The position numbers and the translations under genes were made by a program. Positions 33,185 to 42,575 of a stretch of 64,000 nucleotides of DNA are shown here, piece by piece. Position 1 is the stretch's first letter; each line of letters starts with the position of its first letter. Location: NCBI GenBank assembly GCA_963769425.1, contig CAVYLP010000006.1, forward strand, positions 480,001-544,000, in the 5' to 3' direction. This DNA comes from Candidatus Bathyarchaeota archaeon. Lineage in GTDB: Archaea; Thermoproteota; Bathyarchaeia; TCS64. The notes below the pieces were generated by a model. The model was not told the DNA's origin, searched no databases, and saw only the letters and a list, made by a program, of their open reading frames with translations.

Positions 33185-34528
33185 ATGTGGACGGTCAACT
33201 CAGAGTCGGGCAGGCTCAACGCGGTTCTTATCCAGGATAGCGTCGAGTCCTTCTGGGAGAAGAGGCTCCCTTTCGAAGGTGTTGAGTCGAACCTGCAGTA
33301 TTTGCCGCGGTGCGTCCATCCCCAGATGGAGGGAGGGCACAACGAGTGGCTTCAGCTCCCGAAGATGCTGGGGGAGGAGGGCGTCAAGGTCTTCGAGGTC
33401 ACTAGTATAATGGGGAAGGCGCTTGAGAAGGCCACTTTTAAGGAGAAGAAGGCGATCATCAAGGAGATCTGGGAGGGCTTCCCCGCGGCGCCGAAACCGG
33501 AGGAGTTCAAGCTAGAGCACCTCATCTACGGCTACCCCGAGGCACCCTACTACGATGCCAAGCAGGATAGGGTGGTCCTCCCCGACTTCCGCCGAGTCGC
33601 GTGGCCCTACAGCAGGGACACCAGCTTCACGACTCAGGTGGGGACCGTCATCTGCAATATGCGCCGATACAGCAGGCGCCAGGAGGTCAGGGTGGTGAAG
33701 CTCGCCTATGAGCTTGACCCAACGCTATCGAAGCACGTTGAGGTCATCTGGGACGCGAACGAGGCGGGGGGCGTCACCACTGAGCCGCCGAACGTGGAGG
33801 GGGGTGACACGCAGATTGTGGATGCTGAGACGGTCGCCATCGGTATGGGGCAGAGGAGCACCCTCACCGGAATCAAGCGCTGTGCAGAGGAACTCTTCAG
33901 GCACGACCGCGAGGGCAAGATCAGGTACGTCTGCGCTGTACAGCTCCCCGACTACCCCGCCCTCGACTACATGCACCTCGACGTGACCATCAACTACCCG
34001 GACAAACAGCGCGCCCTCGTCATGCCCTACGTCTGGGACACCGAGGTCGTCAAGGGGATGCCACCCAAGAAGCTCCTGCTTAAGACGCTAGAGGCGCTGC
34101 GGCAGCAGAGCGACGCCGACTACCGCCCTATGGGGCCGATGATCCACCCCGACGGCTTCAAACACGGGGGAAGGACGACGATCTACGTCAACAAGGGGGG
34201 GAAGCTCGAACCTCTTCGCACAGAGGTGAGCCTCATCGACTTCCTAGTCAAGGAGGGCAAACTCGACGCGGACGGCATCATGTACGTTGGGGGGTTGCCC
34301 GAGAAGGAGAACGATGTGGGCCACCTCTACGCCGCCTTCCTCGAGCAGGCGCGCGGCGCGGGGAACATAGTCGCCACCCGGCCCAAGTCGGTGATCGCCT
34401 ACCAGAGGAACAAGAAGACCATCGGTGTGCTCAGGGAGAACGGGATAAAGGTCCACGAGTGGGAGGACAGCTACCTCGACCTACTCGGCGGGCCACACTG
34501 CAGCACGAGCCCGCTGAGCCGCGACTAG
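33185..34528 (+). CDS. Arginine deiminase/amidinotransferase family protein
   Basis: VNSE.GRL, SRD, EGGD, MHLD, GGPHC.T.PL.RD. Confidence 0.85.
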   Translation: MWTVNSESGRLNAVLIQDSVESFWEKRLPFEGVESNLQYLPRCVHPQMEGGHNEWLQLPKMLGEEGVKVFEVTSIMGKALEKATFKEKKAIIKEIWEGFPAAPKPEEFKLEHLIYGYPEAPYYDAKQDRVVLPDFRRVAWPYSRDTSFTTQVGTVICNMRRYSRRQEVRVVKLAYELDPTLSKHVEVIWDANEAGGVTTEPPNVEGGDTQIVDAETVAIGMGQRSTLTGIKRCAEELFRHDREGKIRYVCAVQLPDYPALDYMHLDVTINYPDKQRALVMPYVWDTEVVKGMPPKKLLLKTLEALRQQSDADYRPMGPMIHPDGFKHGGRTTIYVNKGGKLEPLRTEVSLIDFLVKEGKLDADGIMYVGGLPEKENDVGHLYAAFLEQARGAGNIVATRPKSVIAYQRNKKTIGVLRENGIKVHEWEDSYLDLLGGPHCSTSPLSRD

Positions 34529-34764
34529 CGTCTCGTTTTCCGCGTCACTACGCCGAAGCCCTTTACACCCTGGAAGCTGGAGCCGAGGAGGAAGCTGCTC
34601 CCCACCAGCCCCGTGTTAGTGACAACGGAGATGACAATCTCCCCGGCTGCCTCGAGGGACTCAAGGTACTCACCGAAGCTCTGCAAGTCCTCCTCGAAGG
34701 ATTCGATCGGGTAGTAGTATATCCTGAGACTTGGTCCGTCGTGTTTGATTTGTGGCTCGGCCAT
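34525..34764 (-). CDS. Hypothetical protein
   Basis: Short ORF convergent with, and overlapping the stop of, the upstream gene. Confidence 0.5.
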   Translation of the reverse strand: MAEPQIKHDGPSLRIYYYPIESFEEDLQSFGEYLESLEAAGEIVISVVTNTGLVGSSFLLGSSFQGVKGFGVVTRKTRR

Positions 34765-34809
34765 GTCCTGCGCCTCACTTTCGTGGGTAGGGGGCGCAGA
34801 TAAAGGTGG

Positions 34810-35598
34810 TCAGTGCACGCTCTTGATGAACTTGGCGACCTCACCGTAGAAGTAGTCTGGGTTGTCGCTCATCATTACATGCCCCGCCCCGGGGACGTAG
34901 ACGAGGGGGAATAGGGCCGCCATCTTCTTCTCGCTAGTCCAGAGACCCTTGTTCTTCTCCCCGTAGACGACGAGTGTGGGGACCTTGAGCGCCTTCAGCT
35001 CCCCCGCGAGCTTGTCCTCTTTGCTGACCTTGACGAGGTCTTCGCTGCTGCGGTACATGGTGACGGCTCCAGCCTTCCTTTGGCTCTCCATCATACTCGG
35101 GGCGTAACCCCTCTTCACCATGCCTTCGAGGTCCTTCTGGAATCCCGTCTTCGCATACTCGTCGAACGTGTACTTGGTGATGACGAGGTTGCTCCCGAAG
35201 CAGTCGTCGAAGTCTATGTTACCCTCGCAGTAGACGATGCCCTTGACGCGTGGGCCGAGTAGCTCCGCGAGGTAGACGCCTATGGGGCCACCCATGCTGT
35301 GTGGGATGAGGAGCACGTCGCCCTTGATGCCGACCGCGTCGATGAGCGCTTTGACAGCCTGCGCCTGCTCTCTCATCGTGTACTTGAAACCCTTCGGCGC
35401 GGGCTTGGAGTCGCCGAATCCGACGAGGTCGGGGATTAGTATGCTGTACTGCGAGAGTTCGGGGTAGTCGTGTATCGGCTGCCAGTAGTCCTTCGAGCCG
35501 CCAAGCCCGTGGATGGGGACTATGGTCATGGGCTTCTTGCCCTTGTGGTATGTGTAGGAGAAGGTGTATCCACCCGCCTTGATCGTCTCGCTCTTCAT
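34810..35598 (-). CDS. Alpha/beta hydrolase
   Basis: HGLG, DLVGFGDS, HSMGG, GAGH. Confidence 0.9.
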   Translation of the reverse strand: MKSETIKAGGYTFSYTYHKGKKPMTIVPIHGLGGSKDYWQPIHDYPELSQYSILIPDLVGFGDSKPAPKGFKYTMREQAQAVKALIDAVGIKGDVLLIPHSMGGPIGVYLAELLGPRVKGIVYCEGNIDFDDCFGSNLVITKYTFDEYAKTGFQKDLEGMVKRGYAPSMMESQRKAGAVTMYRSSEDLVKVSKEDKLAGELKALKVPTLVVYGEKNKGLWTSEKKMAALFPLVYVPGAGHVMMSDNPDYFYGEVAKFIKSVH

Positions 35599-35637
35599 GG
35601 CTAGCGGGTGTGTGGAGGAGGTATATGAGAATGGGGG

Positions 35638-36702
35638 CTAGAAGTGGCGGAAGCAGCGCTCGTCCGTGAAGGCCATTGCGATGCCGAACTCGTTGCACGC
35701 CGCTATGACTTCGTCGTCCTTTATGCTTCCCCCCGGCTGGCAACACGCCTTGATGCCGTACTTGGCGAGGGCGTCGATGCTGTCGCGGAACGGGAAGAAG
35801 CCGTCGCTGGCTAGGACGGCGTCCTTGAGCCTGTCCTTGTGGCCACGCTCCTCCGCCTTCTGGAGGGCCTGCCTCACCGCGATGACGCGGTCCTGCTGCC
35901 CCGTGCCGACGCCGAGGGTCTGCCTGTCGTCAGCGAGGACGACGCCGTTGCTCCGGACGTTGAGGTTCACGTACCAGGAGAAGAGCAGGTCGCGTGTCTC
36001 CTTCTCGGTGCCCTTCCTCTCGGTGACCCAGCGGAAGTCGTTGACACTCCTCATTCTCGTGAGCATGGGTGCGCTGAGGACGAAGCTGCCGTCCGTCATG
36101 GTGCTTATGACGAGCGGCCACGGGTCCTCCCCGACGAATCGGCTGCCGGCGTAGATGTTGTCGACCTGGATTATGCGTATGTCCTTCTTCTGCTCGAAGA
36201 CGGGCATCGCCTCGGGGGCGAAGCCGGGTGCCACGACCGCCTCGACGTAGTTGCTCATTATTTCCTCGGCGGTCTCCTTGTCGACGGGCTTGTTGAAGCC
36301 GGCGACGCATCCGAAGGCGGCGACTGGGTCGCTCTCCCACGCCCTCTTGAAGACCGCCTTGAGACTATCACCCTTCCTCGCTGCTGCTACCCCACTTGGG
36401 TTAACATGCTTCATTATGGCGCAGGCAGCCTCGTCGAAGTATCGCACTATGTTGCAGGCGTTGTTCATGTCCTCGATGTTCGTCTGGCTGAGGCCGCCCT
36501 TGCCCGTCTTGAGGATCTTCATGGCGCCGACGGTGAGCTTGCCCTCCTTCGGGGCGTAGTACGCCGCGGGTTGGTGGGGGTTCTCGCCGTACCTGAGGCT
36601 CTGCGCCTTGTGGTACTCGATCTCCTGGTCCCCGAGGGTGATCTTGATCTTCTCGGGGAAGCTCTCCTCGAGCTTAGTCCTGTATAGCTTCTTTATGCTC
36701 AC
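35638..36702 (-). CDS. purH: PurH C-terminal part (AICAR transformylase domain)
   Basis: LRYGENPHQ, KH.NP.G, SN.VV, GQQDR, SDGFFPF.D, PGGSIKD, R.FRHF. Confidence 0.9.
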   Translation of the reverse strand: MSIKKLYRTKLEESFPEKIKITLGDQEIEYHKAQSLRYGENPHQPAAYYAPKEGKLTVGAMKILKTGKGGLSQTNIEDMNNACNIVRYFDEAACAIMKHVNPSGVAAARKGDSLKAVFKRAWESDPVAAFGCVAGFNKPVDKETAEEIMSNYVEAVVAPGFAPEAMPVFEQKKDIRIIQVDNIYAGSRFVGEDPWPLVISTMTDGSFVLSAPMLTRMRSVNDFRWVTERKGTEKETRDLLFSWYVNLNVRSNGVVLADDRQTLGVGTGQQDRVIAVRQALQKAEERGHKDRLKDAVLASDGFFPFRDSIDALAKYGIKACCQPGGSIKDDEVIAACNEFGIAMAFTDERCFRHF

Positions 36703-37304
36703 TTCTTCTTCCCCTCCTTCTCTAGGTATGTCGTTATGGCTGAGTCGTAGGCTGATGTGCGACGGAAGGCCGCCTCGGCGAGTTCCCTGACGAGTTTCTT
36801 GGGTATCTCGCCCTTGTTCTCCTTGAGTGCCTTGATGATCTCCGGATACTGCTTGGGGTCCGTGACCACGGTGACCTTGCCGTAGAGTAGCGCTGCCTTT
36901 GCGGCGCTGCGTATCATGGTTGGGCCTCCGATGTCGATGTTCTCGGCAGCCTCAAGTAGCTCCGCGCCCTTGGCGACCGTCGCCTCGAATGGGTAGAGGT
37001 TGACGACGACCATTTCGAACGGCTTGATGCCGTGCTTGTCCATGAACTCTCTGTGCTCGGGCACGTCCCTGCTGAGTAGGAGGCCGCCGTGTACACGTGG
37101 GTGGAGTGTCTTTAGGAGGCCGCCGGGGCTCTCGGGGTGGCCCGTGTAATCGCTCACCTCGGTGAGCTTCGTGTATCCGAGTTCGTTGATCTTCTTGGCG
37201 GTGCCGCCGCTGCTCACTATCTCTGCGCCGATGGCGCCGAGGGCCTTGACTAGATCCTCTAAGCCGGATTTGTCGGAGACGCTTATGAGGGCGCGCTTGA
37301 TCAT
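36699..37304 (-). CDS. purH: PurH N-terminal part (IMP cyclohydrolase, MGS-like domain)
   Basis: ALISVSDK, SSGGT, KTLHP.VHGGLL, NLYPF, ENIDIGGPTMIR. Confidence 0.9.
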   Translation of the reverse strand: MIKRALISVSDKSGLEDLVKALGAIGAEIVSSGGTAKKINELGYTKLTEVSDYTGHPESPGGLLKTLHPRVHGGLLLSRDVPEHREFMDKHGIKPFEMVVVNLYPFEATVAKGAELLEAAENIDIGGPTMIRSAAKAALLYGKVTVVTDPKQYPEIIKALKENKGEIPKKLVRELAEAAFRRTSAYDSAITTYLEKEGKKK

Positions 37305-37398
37305 GCCTTTCGACTTCCTTGCTGGGGTAGGCTCCGTGTCTCGTTATTAGAACTTGCCCTCAAACGGAGAGCAGAATTAACAGGTTTAGTTAAAAAGT

Positions 37399-38859
37399 CT
37401 AGAGGAGACGGTTAGGGCCGGGCATCATGATGTCGTGGGGCGCGATCTCCTGGTAGCCGCGCTCCGTTACGAGTGCGAGCCTCGCCCTGTCCCACATCTG
37501 CTGGATGTCGGAGGCGCCTATGTAGCCCATCGCGGCCTTGAGGCCGCCGACGTACTCGTGTATGATGTCGGCGACGGGGCCCCTGTAGGGGACCCAGCCC
37601 TCTACTCCCTCGTTTATCGCTTTGCTGGGTTGGCTGTAGCGGTCTTGGGCATAGCGTTTCTTTCTCGCCCTGGCGCTGCCCATACCGTAGTACTCCTTAT
37701 AGTAGCGGCCCTCCATGGCGACTAGGCGCCCAGGGGATTCGCTGCACCCGGCGAAAACGTTGCCCATCATGGCGGCGTTGGCGCCGACGCTGAGGGCGAC
37801 GGCGATGTCGCCTGGGTTGCGTAGCCCGCCGTCCGCGATGACACTGATCTTGGCCTTGTTGTTCCTCACGGCGTCCGCGGCGTTACTGGTGGCGTATAGT
37901 GTCGGTGCACCCGCTCGGGTGACGACGCTTGTGGAGCAGATGGAACCGGAGCCGATTCCGCATTTCACACCTGCGATGCCGTCGAGCTTGGTTATGCAGT
38001 CCTCGGCGGCTTGGTAGGTGCCTATGTTGCCGACTATGACTTCGGCGCTCATCTCGTTGATGAGCTTCTTGGCGGCATCGAAGCAATTCTTGTTGTGGAA
38101 GTGGGCGACGTCGGTGAAGATGATGTCGACGTATTTGTCAAGCGCCTTGGCGCGTTCTAGGTCGAACGGGCTTACCGCTGCGGCGCAGATGAGGCGCCCC
38201 TCCTCGTCTCGGATGGCGTCGGGGAAGTCGCCCTTGAGGGTGATGTCCTTCATGGTGATCAGTCCCTTAACGTGGCGATCATTGTCGACGATGGGGAGCT
38301 TCTCTATCTTGTGCTTGTGAAGCACTTGTTTGGCCTCGTCGAGGGTTATGTCCTCGGCGCCTGTGATGACCTTCTTGGTCATTATGTCGCGGACTTTGAG
38401 GGTCTGCTCGGCAAGGCGTACGTCGCGCCATGTTGCTATACCTACGAGCTTTCCCCCGCGTCCTACGACGGGGAAGCCCTTGATGTGGTGCTCCTCCATG
38501 AGTTTGAGGAGCTCGCCGACGGTGGTGTCGGGTGTGACCGTCACCACGTCCCTGATTATTACCGCCTCGGCGCGCTTCACGCGGCGCGCCATGTCCACCT
38601 CCTCCTCCGCCGAGCAGTTCCTGTGGAGGACGCCTAGTCCGCCGTTGCGTGCCATGGCTATGGCCATGTCGGACTCGGTGACTGTGTCCATCGGGCTGCT
38701 GAGGAAGGGGGAGTTGAGCGTGATATTCTTCGTTAGCCGGGTTACGACCGTGGCCTCGCTTGGTTCGAGGGTCGTCCAGCCGGGGAGGAGAATCACGTCG
38801 TTGAAGGTGAAGGCGGTGTCCGCGTCTTTGAACTTGTCACGGAAACCCATCACTAGCAC
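37399..38859 (-). CDS. guaB: IMP dehydrogenase with CBS pair
   Basis: SSPMDTVTE, GIGSGSICST, ADGG, YYGMGS, EGVEG. Confidence 0.96.
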   Translation of the reverse strand: MLVMGFRDKFKDADTAFTFNDVILLPGWTTLEPSEATVVTRLTKNITLNSPFLSSPMDTVTESDMAIAMARNGGLGVLHRNCSAEEEVDMARRVKRAEAVIIRDVVTVTPDTTVGELLKLMEEHHIKGFPVVGRGGKLVGIATWRDVRLAEQTLKVRDIMTKKVITGAEDITLDEAKQVLHKHKIEKLPIVDNDRHVKGLITMKDITLKGDFPDAIRDEEGRLICAAAVSPFDLERAKALDKYVDIIFTDVAHFHNKNCFDAAKKLINEMSAEVIVGNIGTYQAAEDCITKLDGIAGVKCGIGSGSICSTSVVTRAGAPTLYATSNAADAVRNNKAKISVIADGGLRNPGDIAVALSVGANAAMMGNVFAGCSESPGRLVAMEGRYYKEYYGMGSARARKKRYAQDRYSQPSKAINEGVEGWVPYRGPVADIIHEYVGGLKAAMGYIGASDIQQMWDRARLALVTERGYQEIAPHDIMMPGPNRLL

Positions 38860-39130
38860 CTATATTTTAGAAGGCATCTCACCTTACGCATCTTATATAC
38901 TTTTGGTTTATCAGAGCGCTGATGTTTGACATAATCTTGTTAAGTACGGATGGTTTTGGATGATCCTCTCATCCCTTTTTTGGGTCGGAGATGGGTCAGA
39001 AGGAAGCGAGGGAAAACTCCGACAATTAAGATCATTTACGCACTTTTGTAAATATTCGATATTAACGGAGATCTATTTTAGCCCTATTTTTTCAAGTGGA
39101 GCCTTTTTGAGCAAAGAGGCGAGTTCTCCC

Positions 39131-39733
39131 CTATTTTTCGGATATACGACGTATGTATTCTAGATCCTTGGCAGTGTCGACATCCATGAGGGATTTCAGG
39201 TTGGGATCAATGGCTCTAATCTCGTCCATTGGGACTCGCGTAACGTCAGGTAGAGTGTCAAGGATTAACCTGAGTCTCTTCTCCCCCGACTCGATTAGTA
39301 CTAGGGCAGCGTCGGATGCCTTCCTCGACCTATAGACTGAGTGGAGGGGTTCGACCCAGCCGTTCGGCCAGTATGGCGTAGCTGCATCGTGCCCTGCAGC
39401 CTTAGCGAAGAGAAGCTCGACGACGCGTGGGTCGATGAGGGGTTGATCACCGCCGGTGAGGAAGGTGTACTCGCCGCGCGCCTCTTTTAGGCCAGTATAT
39501 GCTCCGACGAGTGGTGAGCCTCGGGGGAGGCGATCGGCGACGACTCTTGCACCGAAGGACGCGTAAGCCTCCTTCTGAGCCTTTGAGCCAACGACTATTA
39601 CAATATCTTCGACGATGGGTTTGAGCCGCTCAACAATGTGGGTAATTATGGGTTCCCCGTTAAGGATTATTAGCCCCTTATCTCCGCCCATTCGGCTGGA
39701 TTTTCCTCCCACGAGGACCACGGCTGAGCGCAT
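39131..39733 (-). CDS. mobA: Molybdenum cofactor guanylyltransferase
   Basis: VLVGGKSSRMGGDK, PL.G.YTGL, D.P, EPLHSVY. Confidence 0.9.
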   Translation of the reverse strand: MRSAVVLVGGKSSRMGGDKGLIILNGEPIITHIVERLKPIVEDIVIVVGSKAQKEAYASFGARVVADRLPRGSPLVGAYTGLKEARGEYTFLTGGDQPLIDPRVVELLFAKAAGHDAATPYWPNGWVEPLHSVYRSRKASDAALVLIESGEKRLRLILDTLPDVTRVPMDEIRAIDPNLKSLMDVDTAKDLEYIRRISEK

Positions 39734-39996
39734 TACAACTCTTCTTATTGATGTATGCGGTGAAAAAGATTGCATATAGCCTACGGTTTTGTAGTTGATT
39801 AGCGAGCTGTAAATGGTTGCGATCTAGATATCCAGAAGTAGAGAATAGCTAAAACCAGGGGATGTTTCTGTACCTCTAGCACGCAAACTGTACCCTATGG
39901 GAGAATATTTGGTACCCGGTAGGAGGGTATAGCGATTTCTCCACATTTAATCTCAACAGGGGGGATTACACGCACTGTGGTGTAACCCATGTTTGA

Positions 39997-40405
39997 TTAT
40001 TGGCTGAACGTTAATCTCATCTCGGCGACCGCGCCGGCCTTATTGCGCCCCTGTCGGGTAGGCCAAGCCTCCACGCTGGCGCCCCGGTCATCTTGTGGAC
40101 GGCCTCGGGGAGCGAGAGGGCGTCCCCACCCACGTAGCGCTGGAGGACGCGTGGGAAGGTGCCGAAGCTCCTCGGGTGCACCGGGGAGGTCAAGCCACCC
40201 CGCTCGGATGTCCCATCGGAACCTATCATGACCGCCTCGTGCCTCATTAGGACCCTGATGTCGTCCTCGAGGCCGAAGAGGCATGAATGGGACGTTATCG
40301 TCCTCGGTGACGATGATGTCGTATGCGGTGTCGATCGGGTCTCGCTTCAGCTCGTCTGCTATCTGCTTGACCGTCTTTCCGCTGTATGCCCGGTATGCTT
40401 CGCTC
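39997..40405 (-). pseudogene. N-acyl-D-amino-acid deacylase (D-aminoacylase) fragment
   Basis: GKTVKQIA..DP.D and MIGSDG..HPRSFGTFPRVL.RYV..LSLPEAVHKMTG.PA.RLGL.DRG.I in different frames; 5' part missing. Confidence 0.8.
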
Positions 40406-40426
40406 TCCAGGTAGCATGTTAACCAT

Positions 40427-40640
40427 GTGCCTGGTAGCTGGGTACCGGCGGTACCCACTAGCAGGGTACATGGTACCTAGTAGCAGGGTACAGGTGCACA
40501 TATCCGTGCAAGTTGGTACCCAGTAGGAGGGTACCACGGTACCTAGTAGCAGGGTATACGGTACCCTGTAGGGGGGTACGCGGTACCCAGTAGGGGGGTA
40601 TAACGTTTTTTCATTGTCTCTGTACCATGTAGCAGGGTAC
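40427..40640. repeat. Array of eight 19-bp quasi-palindromic units GTRCC-N9-GGTAY
   Basis: Units at 40427, 40451, 40473, 40516, 40539, 40561, 40583 and 40622; outliers at 39912 and 40764. Confidence 0.9.
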
Positions 40641-40859
40641 CGCAATTTTCCGCGTGTCTGTTCCCCGTCGGGAAGGTGTGGTGCGTAGCTGGTTGTGTGT
40701 GTATTCCTCGTAGTTTAGGTATCGAAAAAAAACGCCATTTTTGTACCTGCCAATAGGAATCAGATTCCTAGTAGGGTGGTATGGCTCATTGGCTGAACTC
40801 AATTAATTCTATCACATCGGACAATATCCTTAATCCGGCTGATAGGCTCATAGACCTCA

Positions 40860-41237
40860 ATGTCCAGGATATTTAACGTGAATGAAGCTCGGAAGTCCAT
40901 GAATCCAGGTGTTAGCGACATGTACTGGCTTGTCGACAAGGACCTCGGTGCATCAAAGTTTATGACGGTTCTCTACGAGTACCAGCCTAACTTCTCTACA
41001 AAACGTGTCCACTACCACGAGAAGCGCGAAAGTGCCTATATAGTCCTCGAAGGGGAAGCCCGCATCCATCTTAATGGCGAAGACCACATCCTACATCCAG
41101 GTGATGCTGCCTACCTCTCACCAATGGATATCCACGGCGTTGTCGGCTCAGGGCCAAAGGGACTCAAGATGATTGAGATATGGGCACCGCAAGAGAAGGA
41201 TGTCATCTACCTCGAGGACGGCAAGGTAGTAGAGTGA
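40860..41237 (+). CDS. Cupin domain protein
   Basis: HYH...E.AYIVLEG..G....L.PGD..Y.....H. Confidence 0.88.
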   Translation: MSRIFNVNEARKSMNPGVSDMYWLVDKDLGASKFMTVLYEYQPNFSTKRVHYHEKRESAYIVLEGEARIHLNGEDHILHPGDAAYLSPMDIHGVVGSGPKGLKMIEIWAPQEKDVIYLEDGKVVE

Positions 41238-41416
41238 AACTTAACAGGATCCCCGAAATCTGATTATCGTACCCGTGGAAACCTACCCCATGAATAGCTG
41301 GGTGTATCTCACTTTCGTGTACTCGGGATGAAAACATGGTTGCCTATACTTGGGATGAACCTGGTCACGGGGATCATTAGAGCCAGGATATCGAGTTGGA
41401 AAAAAAGGGGCCTGCT

Positions 41417-42388
41417 TCATTTCTGATATTGTAAAATTACGAATGTGTTTGGCAAGATCGGCGGGCGAGGCCTCGGTTGCTCGACCGTGGGTTCAGGCGT
41501 CGGGCCGTATTCTGCGGTTGGTAGAAATAGAGCATGTGTCCTAAGGTCGATTGTCATGGTTCGCGCCCCACGCTGAGTCGCGATCGTATCCAGAATGGAG
41601 AAGCTATCCGGAGAATCCTCTCTTACGATCGTCAGGGTTCCCTCCCCGTTGGACGCGAAGACAAGTTTCCTCTCGGGGTCAAACATGCAGCCATCGCAGC
41701 CGCCGCCAATCGGTAACGAGGCGAGTACGCGCCCGTCGTCGGCGTCTAGCACGATCATGAACTTGTTGCGGGTCACCGAGAAGAGGCGCCGATTCTTCAA
41801 GTCAATGGCGAGCCCAGTGGGGGACTCTCCGGGTGCGATAGGCCACCTTGATAGGACCTCAAGCGTCTTCGAGTCGATCACCATGACCTCACTCGTGTCC
41901 TCGTTGTTGACGTAGACGTGCCCCAGACCGTCCGCGACGGAGAACTCGGGTTTGCCGCCGAGGGGAATGGTCGCTATGACCTCTCCGGTCGCCGCGTCAA
42001 TGACGGACGCATCGTGGCTAACGCCGTTGAATACGAAGACCCTCTTCGAGGACGAGTCGAAGCGGATGGCGTCCGGGTTTTTACCCACGGCTACCTCCTT
42101 CATGACCTTCAGGGTATTAAGGTCGAAGATGCTCACCGTCGAAGCGCGTCCGTTGCTCGCGAAGCCTCGTCCAAGCTCGCTGGCAATCGCCACCCCGTGC
42201 ACCCCCTCGGTCTTGAAGACCACGCCGACCACATCGAGTGTGTCCGCGTTTAGGACGTGGACCCTGTCGTTGTGGGTGACGTAGAGGCGACGCGCCGCTT
42301 CGTCGACTACCAGGTAGTCCCATCCTCCCTCGCCACCTATGAGGAGTTTTCTAGTCAAGTGGTAACCCGATGGTGATTTGCCCGCCAT
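41417..42388 (-). CDS. YncE/YVTN-family beta-propeller protein
   Basis: GGWDYL, GVHGVA, GKNPDAI, GKPEF, GARTM repeats. Confidence 0.85.
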   Translation of the reverse strand: MAGKSPSGYHLTRKLLIGGEGGWDYLVVDEAARRLYVTHNDRVHVLNADTLDVVGVVFKTEGVHGVAIASELGRGFASNGRASTVSIFDLNTLKVMKEVAVGKNPDAIRFDSSSKRVFVFNGVSHDASVIDAATGEVIATIPLGGKPEFSVADGLGHVYVNNEDTSEVMVIDSKTLEVLSRWPIAPGESPTGLAIDLKNRRLFSVTRNKFMIVLDADDGRVLASLPIGGGCDGCMFDPERKLVFASNGEGTLTIVREDSPDSFSILDTIATQRGARTMTIDLRTHALFLPTAEYGPTPEPTVEQPRPRPPILPNTFVILQYQK

Positions 42389-42575
42389 TTTGTGTCAACA
42401 GCTTGGGGTTCAAGCGGGGATATAAGACGTGACAGGAGATTTGTTGAAAAGTATAGATGAAAAATGTGAGCCGTTTCAGAAAACAAGTGCACGTTTGAGC
42501 CTTTTCTCGATATACAAAAACGGGGTCTGGGAGTCTAGACAAAATTGTTATGCGGTGTGAGGGGGGTAGAAGGGC

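Noticed and set aside
41319-41359. Short direct repeat TACTYGGGATGAA (two copies)
   Set aside because: Only two copies between convergent genes; insufficient support for a function
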